NCBI RefSeq assembly: GCF_009914755.1 | Contig: NC_060925.1 | DNA: 64,000 nucleotides | Strand: one strand, 5' to 3' | Origin: the human T2T-CHM13v2.0 reference genome, Homo sapiens | In this document: piece by piece, positions 53,401-64,000 of the stretch | How the letters are laid out: every line of letters starts with the position of its first letter | Position numbering within the stretch: the first letter of the stretch is position 1 | Translations under genes and position numbers: made by a program | Notes under the pieces: model-generated | What the model saw: the letters and a program-made list of their open reading frames with translations, nothing else | What the model was told of the DNA's origin: nothing | Databases searched by the model: none

Positions 53401-55984
53401 TTCTGAGAATGCTTCTGTTTACATAGGTGAGTTTTCTCCCGTATCCAATGAAATCCTCAGAGCGGTCCAAATCTCCACTTGCAGATTCTACAAAAAGTGT
53501 GTTTTGAAACTGCTCCATCCAAAGGAATGTTCAGCTCTGTGAATTGAACTCAATCGTCACAAAGTGTTTCCTGGGAATGCTCCTGTCTCCTTTTTATGTG
53601 CAGTTATATCCTCTACTGCCATAGGCCTCAAAGCGGTCCAAATCTCCCCTTTCAGATTCTACCAAAAGTGTGTTTCCAAACGGCTCCATCAAAGGGAATG
53701 TTCAACTCGGTGACTTGAATGCAATCATCACAAAGCAGTTTCTGAGAATGCTTCCATGTAGCTTTGATGAGAAGATATTTCCTTTTCCACCCCAGGCCTC
53801 GAAGCCCTCCAAATGTCCCCTTGCAGATGCTAGAAAGAGAGGGTTTCAAAGCTGCTCTATCAAAAGGAAAGTACAACTCTGTGAGTTGAATGCAAACTTC
53901 ACAAAGAAGTTCCAGAGCATGCTTCCGTTTAGCTTTTACGGGAAGATTATCCCTTTTCCATCGAAATGTTCAAAGAGGTCCACATATCCGCTTGCAGATT
54001 CCACCGAAAGAGTGTTTCCAAACAGCTGCATCAAAAGGAATCCTCAGCTCCGTGAGTTGAATGCAATCATCACCAAGAGGTTTCTGACAATGCTTCTCTC
54101 TAGTTTTTATGTGAAGATATTTCCTTTTCCAACACAGGCCTGAAAGCATTCCAAATGTCCACCTGGATGCTCTACGAAAGAATGTTTCAAAACTGCTCTA
54201 TGAAAAGCAATGTTATACTCTGGGAGTTGAACACAAGCCCCACAAAGGAGTTTCTGAGAATGCTTCTGTTTACTTTTTACGTGAGGATATTCCCGTTTCC
54301 AAAGAAGTCTTCACAGAGTTCCACCTATCCATTTGCAGATGCTAGCAAAAGAGAGTTTCAAAATTGCTCTATCAAAAGGAATGTTCAACTCTGTGAGTTG
54401 CATGCAATCATCACAGAGAAGTTTCTGAGAAGGCTTCTGTCTAGATTTTATGTGAAGATACAGCCGTTTCGAACGAAGGCCACAAAGTGCTCCAAATATC
54501 CACTTGCAGGTCCTCCAAAAAGAGTGTTTCAAACGTGAACTACCAAAGGAAGGCTCAACTCTGGACTTTGAATGCAAACGTCAGAAAGATTTTTCTGCGA
54601 AAGCTTCTGTTTAGTTAGGTGACGTTATCCCGTTTCCAACGAAATCGTCAGAGAGGTCCAAATATCCACCTGCAGAGTCTACAAAAAGTGTGTTTCAAAA
54701 CTGCTCCACCAAAAGGAATGTTCAGCTCTGTGAGTTAAACTCAATCATCCCAAAGTATTTTCTGAGAATGCTTCTGTCCAGTTTTTACATGAAGCTGTTT
54801 CCTTTACTACCGTAGGCCTCAAAGGGTTCCAAATCTCCACTTGCAGATACTACGAAAAGAGCGATTAAACCTGAACTCACAAGGGAAGGTTCAACTCTGT
54901 CAGTTGAATGCCAACATCACAAAGAAGTTCTGAGAATGTTTCTCTTCAGTTATGTGAGGTTTATCCCGTTTCCCACGAAATTCTCAGAGAAGTCCAAATA
55001 TCCACTTGGATATTCTACAAAAAGTGTGTTTTCAAAATGCTCCATCAAAAGATATGCTCAGCTCTGTGTGTTAAACTCAATCATCACAAAGAATTTTCTG
55101 AGAATGCTTCTGTCTTGTTTTTAGATGAGGTTATATCCTTTACTACGATAGGCCTCAAAGAGGTCCAAATCTCCACTTGCAGATTCTGCAGAAGGAGTGT
55201 TTAAAACCTGAACTATCAGAGAAAGGATGAACACTGTGAGTTGAATGCAAGCATCACGAAGAAGGTTCTGAGAATGCTTCTGTTTATATAGGTGAGTTTT
55301 CTCCCGTATCCATCAAAAGATATGCTCAGCTCTGTGAGTTAAACTCAATCATCACAAAGAATTTTCTGAGAATGCTTCTGTCTTGTTTTTAGATGAAGTT
55401 CTTTCCTTTACTACGATAGGCCTCAAAGAGGTCCAAATCTCCACTTGCAGATTCTGCAGAAGGAGTGTTTCAAACCTGAACTATCAGAGAAAGGTTCAAC
55501 ACTGTGAGTTGAATGCAAGCATCACGAAGAAGGTTCTGAGAATGCTTCTGTTTACGTAGGTGAGTTTTCTCCCGTATCCAATGAAATCCTCAGAGCGGTC
55601 CAAATCTCCACTTGCAGATTCTACAAAAAGTGTGTTTTGAAACTGCTCCATCCAAAGGAATGTTCAGCTCTGTGAATTGAACTCAATCGTCACAAAGTGT
55701 TTCCTGGGAATGCTCCTGTCTCCTTTTTATGTGCAGTTATATCCTCTACTGCCATAGGCCTCAAAGCGGTCCAAATCTCCCCTTTCAGATTCTACCAAAA
55801 GTGTGTTTCCAAACGGCTCCATCAAAGGGAATGTTCAACTCGGTGACTTGAATGCAATCATCACAAACCAGTTTCTGAGAATGCTTCCATGTAGCTTTGA
55901 TGAGAAGATATTTCCTTTTCCACCCCAGGCCTCGAAGCCCTCCAAATGTCCCCTTGCAGATGCTAGAAAGAGAGGGTTTCAAAG
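47405..55984. repeat. 4290-bp tandem duplication within the HOR array (2 copies)
   Basis: A constant offset of 4289-4290 bp links paired landmarks and private variants; the junction is at ~51695-51711. Confidence 0.92.
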
Positions 55985-58900
55985 CTACTCTATCAAAAGG
56001 AAAGTACAACTCTGTGAGTTGAATGCAAACATCACAAACAAGTTCCTGAGCATGCTTCCGTTTAGCTTTTATGGGAAGATTATCCCTTTTCCATCGAAAT
56101 GTTCAAAGAGGTCCACATATCCGCTTGCAGATTTCACCGAAAGAGTGTTTCCAAACTGCTGTATCAAAAGGAATCCTCAACTCCGTGAGTTGAATGCAAT
56201 CATCACCAAGAAGTTTCTGACAATGCTTCTCTCTAGTTTTTATGTGAAGATATTTCCTTTTCCACCACAGGCCTGAAAGCCCTCCAAATGTCCACTTGGG
56301 GGCTCTACGAAAAGAATGTTTCAAAACTGCTCTATGAAAAGCAATGTTATACTCTGGGAGTTGAACACAAGCCCCACAAAGGAGTTTCTGAGAATGCTTC
56401 TGTTTACTTTTTACGTGAGGATATTCCCGTTTCCAAAGAAGTCTTCACAGAGTTCCACCTATCCATTTGCAGATGCTAGCAAAAGACAGTTTCAAAACTG
56501 CTCTATCAAAAGGAATGTTCAACTCTGTGAGTTGCATGCAATCATCACAGAGAAGTTTCTGAGAAGGCTTCTGTCTAGATTTTATGTGAAGATACAGTCG
56601 TTTCGAACGAAGGCCACAAAGTGCTCAAAATATCCACTTGCAGGTCCTCCAAAAAGAGTGTTTCAAACGTGAACTACCAAAGGAAGGCTCAACTCTGGAC
56701 TTTGAAGGCCAACGTCAGAAAGATGTTTCTGCGAAAGCTTCTGTTTAGTTAGGTGACGTTATCCCGTTTCCAACGAAATCCTCAGAGAGGTCCAAATATC
56801 CACCTGCAGAGTCTACAAAAAGTGTGTTTCAAAACTCCTCCACCCAAAGGAATGTTCAGCTCTGTGAGTTGAACTCAATCATCCCAAAGTATTTTCTGAG
56901 AATGCTTCTGTCCAGTTTTTACATGAAGCTGTTTCCTTTACTACCGTATGCCTCAAAGCGTTCCAAATCTCCACTTGGAGATAGTATGAAAAGAGCGTTT
57001 CAACCTGAACTAACAAGGGAAGGTTCAACTCTGTCAGTTGAATGCCAACATCACCAAGAAGTTCTGAGAATGTTCCTCTTCAGTTATGTGATGTTTATCC
57101 GGTTTCCAACGAAATTCTCAGAGAATTCCCAAAATCCACTTGCATATTCTACAAAAGGTGTGTTTTGAAAATGCGCCATCAAAAGATATGCTCCGCTCTG
57201 TGAGTTAAGCACAATCATCACAAAGAATTTTCTGAGAATGCTTCTGTCTTGTTTTTAGATGAAGTTCTTTCCTTTACTACGATAGGCCTCAAAGAGGTCC
57301 AAATCTCCACTTGCAGATTCTGCAGAAGGAGTGTTTCAAACCTGAACTATGAGAGAAAGGTTCAACACTGTGAGATGAATGCAAGCATCACAAAGAAGTT
57401 TCTGAGAATGCTTCTGTTTACATATGTGGCTTTTCTCCCGTATCCAACGAAATCCTCAGAGCGGTCCAAATCTCCACTTGCAGATTCTACACAAAGTGTG
57501 TTTGGAAACTGCTCCATCCAAAGGAATATTCAGCTCCGTGAGTTGAACTCAATCGTCACAAAGCGTTTCCTGAGAATGCTCCTGTCTCGTTTTTATGTGC
57601 AGTTATATCCTCTACTGCCATAGGCCACAAAGCAGTCCAAATCTCCCCTTTCAGATCCTACCAAAAGTGTGTTTCCAAACGGCTCCATCAAAGGGAATGT
57701 TCAACTCGCTGACTTGAATGCAATCATTCCAAAGCAGCTTCTGAGAATGCTTCCATGTAGCTTTGATGAGAAGATATTTCCTTTTCCACCCCAGGCCTCG
57801 AAGCCCTCCAAATGTCCCCTTGCAGATGCTAGAAAGAGGGGGTTTCAAAGCTGCTCTATCAAAAGGAAAGTACAACGCTGTGAGTTGAATGCAAACATCA
57901 CAAGGAAGTTCCTGAGCATGCTTCCGTTTAGCTTTTACGGGAAGATTATCCCTTTTCCATCGAAATGTTCAAAGAGGTCCACATATCCGCTTGCAGATTT
58001 CACCGAAAGAGTGTTTCCAAACTGCTGCATCAAAAGGAATCCTCAGCTCCGTGAGTTGAATGCAATCATCACCAAGAAGTTTCTGACAATGCTTCTCTCT
58101 AGTTTTTATGTGAAGATATTTCCTTTTCCACCACAGGCCTGAAAGCGCTCCAAATGTCCACTTGGAGGCTCTACGAAAAGAATGTTTCAAAACTGCTCTA
58201 TGAAAAGCAATGTTATACTCTGGGAGTTGAACACAAGCCTCACAAAGGAGTTTCTGAGAATGCTTCTGTTTACTTTTTACGTGAGGATATTCCCGTCTCC
58301 AAAGAAGTCTTCACAGAGTTACACCTATCCATTTGCAGATGCCAGCAAAACTAGAGAGTTTCAAAACTGCTCTATCAAAAGGAATGTTCAACTCTGTGAG
58401 TTGCGTGCAATCATCACAGAGAAGTTTCTGAGAAGGCTTCTGTCTAGATTGTATGTGAAGATATAGCCGTTTCGAACGAAGGCCACAAAGTGCTCCAAAT
58501 ATCCACTTGCAGGTCCTCCAAAAAGAGTGTTTCAAACGTGAACTACCAAAGGAAGGCTCAACTCGGGACTTTGAAGACCAACGTCAGAAGGATGTTTCTG
58601 CGGAAGCTTCTGTTTAGTTAGGTGACGTTATCCCGTTTCCAACGAAATCCTCAGAGAGGTCCAAATATCCACCTGCAGAGTCTACAAAAAGTGTGTTTCA
58701 AAACTGCTCCACCCAAAGGAAGGTTCAGCTCTGTGAGTTGAACTCAATCATCCCAAAGTATTTTCTGAGAAGGCTTCTGTCCAGTTTTTACATGAAGATG
58801 TTTCCTTTACTACCGTAGGCTTCAAAGCGTTCCAAACCTCCACTTGCAGATAGTACGAAAAGAGCGTTTCAACCTGAACTCACAAGGGAAGGTTCAACTC

Positions 58901-61900
58901 TGTCAGTTGAATGCCAACGTCACCAAGAACTTCTGAGAATGTTCCTCTTCAGTTATGTGAGGTTTATCCCGTTTCCAACGAAATTCTCAGAGAAGTCCCA
59001 AAATCCACTTGCATATTCTACAAAAGGTGTGTCTTGAAAATGCGTCATCAAAAGATATGCTCACCTCTGTGAGTTCAACTCAATCATCGCAAAGAATTTT
59101 CTGAGAATGCTTCTGTCTTGCTTTTAGATGAAGTTCTTTCCTTTACTACGATAGGCCTCAAAGAGGTCCAAATCTCCACTTGCAGATTCTGCAGAAGGTG
59201 TGTTTCAAACCTGAACTGTCAGAGAAAGGTTCAACACTGTGAGTTGAATGCAAGCATCACGAAGAAGGTTCTGAGAATGCTTCTGTTTACATAGTTGACT
59301 TTTCTCCCGTATCCAGCGAAATCCTCAGAGCGGTCCAAATCTCCACTTGCAGATTCTACACAAAGTGTGTTTGGAGACTGCTCCATCCAAAGGAATGTTC
59401 AGCTCTGTGAGTTGAACTCAATCGTCACAAAGTGTTTCCTGGGAATGCTCCTGTCTCGCTTCTATGTGCAGTTATATCCTCTACTGCCATAGGCCTCAAA
59501 GCGGTCCAAATCTCCCCTTTCAGATCCTACCAAAAGTGTGTTTCCAAACGGCTCCATCAAAGGGAATGTTCAACTTGCTGACTTGAATGCAATCATCCCA
59601 AAGCAGCTTCTGAGAATGCTTCCATGTAGCTTTGATGAGAAGATATTTCCTTTTCCACCCCAGGCCTCGAAGCCCTCCAAATGTCCCCTTACAGATGCTA
59701 GAAAGAGGGGGTTTCAAAGCTGCTCTATCAAAAGGAAAGTACAACGCTGTGAGTTGAATGCAAACATCACAAGGAAGTTCCTGGGCATGCTTCCGTTTAG
59801 CTTTTACGGGAAGATTATCCCTTTTCCATCGAAATGTTCAAAGAGGTCCACATATACGCTTGCAGATTCCACCGAAAGAGTGTTTCCAAACTGCTGCATC
59901 AAAAGGAATCCTCAGCTCCGTGAGTTGAATGCAATCATCACCAAGAAGTTTCTGACAATGCTTCTCTCTAGTTTTTATGTGAAGATATTTCCTTTTCCAC
60001 CACAGGCCTGAAAGCGCTCCAAATGTCCACTTGGAGGCTCTACGAAAAGAATGTTTCAAAACTGCTCTATGAAAAGCAATGTTATACTCTGGGAGTTGAA
60101 CACAAGCCTCACAAAGGAGTTTCTGAGAATGCTTCTGTTTACTTTTTACGTGAAGATATTCCCGTCTCCAAAGAAGTCTTCACAGAGTTACACCTATCCA
60201 TTTGCAGATGCCAGCAAAACTAGAGAGTTTCAAAACTGCTCTATCAAAAGGAATGTTCAACTCTGTGAGTTGCGTGCAATCATCACAGAGAAGTTTCTGA
60301 GAAGGCTTCTGTCTAGATTTTATGTGAAGATATAGCCGTTTCGAACGAAGGCCACAAAGTGCTCCAAATATCCACTTGCAGGTCCTCCAAAAAGAGTGTT
60401 TCAAACGTGAACTACCAAAGGAAGGCTCAACTCTGGACTTTGAAGACCAACGTCAGAAGGATGTTTCTGCGGAGGCTTCTGTTTAGTTAGGTGACGTTAT
60501 CCCGTTTCCAACGAAATCCTCAGAGAGGTCCAAATATCCACCTGCAGAGTCTACAAAAAGTGTGTTTCAAAACTGCTCAACCCAAAGGAAGGTTCAGCTC
60601 TGTGAGTTGAACTCAATCATCCCAAAGTATTTTCTGAGAAGGCTTCTGTCCAGTTTTTACATGAAGCTGTTTCCTTTACTACCGTAGGCTTCAAAGCGTT
60701 CCAAACCTCCACTTGCAGATAGTACGAAAAGAGCGTTTCAACCTGAACTCACAAGGGAAGGTTCAACTCTGTCAGTTGAATGCCAACGTCACCAAGAACT
60801 TCTGAGAATGTTCCTCTTCAGTTATGTGAGGTTTATCCCGTTTCCAACGAAATTCTCAGAGAAGTCCCAAAATCCACTTGCATATTCTACAAAAGGTGTG
60901 TTTTCAAAATGCTCCATCAAAAGATATGCTCAGCTCTGTGTGTTAAACTCAATCATCACAACGAATTTTCTGAGAATGCTTCTGTCTTGTTTTTAGATGA
61001 GGTTATATCCTTTACTACGATAGGCCTCAAAGAGGTCCAAATCTCCACTTGCAGATTCTGCAGAAGGAGTGTTTAAAACCTGAACTATCAGAGAAAGGTT
61101 GAACACTGTGAGTTGAATGCAAGCATCACGAAGAAGGTTCTGAGAATGCTTCTGTTTATATAGGTGAGTTTTCTCCCGTATCCATCAAAAGATATGCTCA
61201 GCTCTGTGAGTTAAACTCAATCATCACAAAGAATTTTCTGAGAATGCTTCTGTCTTGTTTTTAGATGAAGTTCTTTCGTTTACTACGATAGGCCTCAAAG
61301 AGGTCCAAATCTCCACTTGCAGATTCTGCAGAAGGAGTGTTTCAAACCTGAACTATCAGAGAAAGGTTCAACACTGTGAGTTGAATGCAAGCATCACGAA
61401 GAAGGTTCTGAGAATGCTTCTGTTTACATAGGTGAGTTTTCTCCCGTATCCAACGAAATCCTCAGAGCGGTCCAAATCTCCACTTGCAGATTCTACACAA
61501 AGTGTGTTTGGAAACTGCTCCATCCAAAGGAATGTTCAGCTCTGTGAATTGAACTCAATCGTCACAAAGTGTTTCCTGGGAATGCTCCTGTCTCGTTTTT
61601 ATGTGCAGTTATATCCTCTACTGCAATAGGCCCCAAAACGGTCCAAATCTCCCCTTTCAGTTTCTACCAAAAGTGTGTTTCCAAACGGCTCCATCAAAGG
61701 GAATGTTGACCTCGGTGACTTGAATGCAATCATCACAAAGCAGCTTCTGAGAATGCTTCCATGTAGCTTTGATGAGAAGATATTTCCTTTTCCACCCCAG
61801 GCCTCGAAGCCCTCCAAATGTCCCCTTGCAGATGCTAGAAAGAGAGGGTTTCAAAGCTGCTCTATCAAAAGGAAAGTACAACTCTGTGAGTTGAATGCAA

Positions 61901-64000
61901 ACATCACAAACAAGTTCCTGAGCATGCTTCCGTTTAGCTTTTACGGGAAGATTATCCCTTTTCCATCGAAATGTTCAAAGAGGTCCACATATCCGCTTGC
62001 AGATTCCACCGAAAGAGTGTTTCCAAACTGCTGCATCAAAAGGAATCCTCAGCTCCGTGAGTTGAATGCAATCATCACCAAGAGGTTTCTGACAATGCTT
62101 CTCTCTAGTTTTTATGTGAAGATATTTCCTTTTCCAACACAGGCCTGAAAGCGTTCCAAATGTCCACCTGGACGCTCTACGAACAGAATGTTTCAAAACT
62201 GCTCTATGAAAAGCAATGTTATACTCTGGGAGTTGAACACAAGCCTCACAAAGGAGTTTCTGAGAATGCTTCTGTTTACTTTTTACGTGTGGATATTCCC
62301 GTTTCCAAAGAAGTCTTCACAGAGTTCCACCTATCCATTTGCAGATGCTAGCAAAAGACAGTTTCAAAACTGCTCTATCAAAAGGAATGTTCAACTCTGT
62401 GAGTTGCATGCAATCATCACAGAGAAGTTTCTGAGAAGGCTTCTGTCTAGATTTTATGTGAAGATATAGCCGTTTCGAACGAAGGCCACAAAGTGCTCCA
62501 AATATCCACTTGCAGGTCCTCCAAAAAGAGTGTTTCAAACGTGAACTACCAAAGGAAGGCTCAACTCTGGACTTTGAATGCCAACGTCAGAAAGATGTTT
62601 CTGCGAAAGCTTCTGTTTAGTTAGGTGACGTTATCCCGTTTCCAACGAAATCCTCAGAGAGGTCCAAATATCCACCTGCAGAGTCTACAAAAAGTGTGTT
62701 TCAAAACTGCTCCACCCAAAGGAATGTTCAGCTCTGTGAGTTGAAGTCAATCATCCCAAAGTATTTTCTGAGAATGCTTCTGTCCAGTTTTTACCTGAAG
62801 CTGTTTCCTTTACTACCGTAGGCCTCAAAGCGTTCCAAATCTCCACTTGCAGATAGTACGAAAAGAGCGTTTCAACCTGAACTCACAAGGGAAGGTTCAA
62901 CTCTGTCAGTTGAATGCCAACATCACAAAGAAGTTCTGAGAATGTTCCTCTTCAGTTATGTGAGGTTTATCCCGTTTCCAACGAAATTCTCAGAGAAGTC
63001 CCAAAATCCACTTGCATATTCTACAAAAGGTGTGTTTTGAAAATGCGCCATCAAAAGATATGCTCAGCTCTGTGAGTTAAACTCAATCATCGCAAAGAAT
63101 TTTCTCAGAATGCTTCTGTCTTGTTTTTAGATGAAGTTCTTTCCTTTACTACGATAGGCCTCAAAGAGGTCCAAATCTCCACTTGCAGATTCTGCAGGAG
63201 TGTTTCAAACCTAAACTGTCAGAGAAAGGTTCAACACTGTGAGTTGAATGCAAGCTTCACGAAGAAGGTTCTGAGAATGCTTCTGTTTACGTAGGTGACT
63301 TTTCTCCCAAATCCAACGAAATCCTCAGAGCGGTCCAAATCTCCACTTGCAGATTCTACACAAAGTGTGTTTGGAAACTGCTCCATCCAAAGGAATGTTC
63401 AGCTCTGTGAGTTGTACTCAATCGTCACAAAGTGTTTCCTGGGAATGCTCCTGTCTCGTTTTTATGTCCAGTTATATCCTCTACTGCCATAGGCCTCAAT
63501 GCGGTCCAAATCTCCCCTTTCAGATCCTACCAAAAGTGTGTTTCCAAACGGCTCCATCAAAGGGAATGTTCAACTCGGTGACTTGAATGCAATCATCACA
63601 AAGCAGCTTCTGAGAATGCTTCCATGTAGCTTTGATGACAAGATATTTCCTTTTCCACCCCAGGCCTCAAAGCCCTCCAAATGTCCCCTTGCAGATGCTA
63701 GAAAGAGAGGGTTTCAAAGCTGCTCTATCAAAAGGAAAGTACAACTCTGTGAGTTGAATGCAAACATCACAAGGAAGTTCCTGAGCATGCTTTCGTTTAG
63801 CTTTTATGGGAAGATTATCCCTTTTCCATCGAAATGTTCAAAGAGGTCCACATATCCGCTTGCAGATTCCACCGAAAGAGTGTTTCCAAACTGCTGCATC
63901 AAAAGGAATCCTCAGCTCCGTGAGTTGAATGCAATCATCACCAAGAGGTTTCTGACAATGCTTCTCTCTAGTTTTTATGTGAAGATATTTCCTTTTCCAA

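Larger units (their letters stand above)
37171..64000 (-). repeat. Alpha satellite, 11-mer HOR (~1866 bp), SF3-like, probably D1Z5 (chromosome 1); runs off the window end
   Basis: ~171-bp monomers of 11 recurring types (called A-K here). The anchor GTGTTTCCAAAYGGCTC recurs at 44576, 46710, 49380, 51513, 53670, 55803, 57669, 59538, 61675 and 63538; the unmodified spacing is 1863-1869 bp. CENP-B boxes read on the minus strand. Confidence 0.97.

Noticed and set aside
38215-63586. Recurrent 60-157-aa ORFs (for example MFPNGSIKGNVQL...) that look like a tandem gene family
   Set aside because: They are chance open frames in alpha satellite, repeated once per HOR. Many start at GTG or TTG and none has gene structure. 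I used them only as position anchors.
37171-64000. Repeat array resembling a CRISPR array or paired with the nearby reverse transcriptase ORFs as a system
   Set aside because: There are no unique spacers. The monomers are standard alpha satellite and the RT sequences are ordinary dead LINE-1 ORF2.

Overview
This is primate (human-like) pericentromeric DNA with no intact protein-coding gene; every recognisable ORF in the track is a decayed LINE-1 piece or a chance frame in a repeat. Bases 1-37170 are an AT-rich, LINE-dense flank. It holds three full-length dead L1PA elements (1671-7808 +, ~8569-14998 -, 25586-31701 -), older L1M hosts, Alus, MIR, L2 and a truncated MaLR-like LTR. At ~37171 it switches abruptly to alpha satellite built on an 11-monomer, ~1866-bp higher-order repeat (HOR). 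The HOR looks like suprachromosomal family 3 (SF3) and is most consistent with D1Z5 on chromosome 1 (inference). I found no new gene system. The most interesting signals record DNA rearrangement history: (1) the three neighbouring L1s share private, often inactivating, variants pairwise, which points to local gene conversion; (2) one L1 carries a ~350-bp 3' transduction bounded by an 18-bp target-site duplication (TSD); (3) an out-of-register 268-bp repeat unit arose inside the HOR and was amplified by nested 2670-bp and 4290-bp duplications; (4) one L1 5'UTR contains a patchwork templated insertion; (5) one Alu contains a 91-bp triplication with a recombinant middle copy. Repeat subfamily names and 'consensus' states come from memory and need checking against Dfam.
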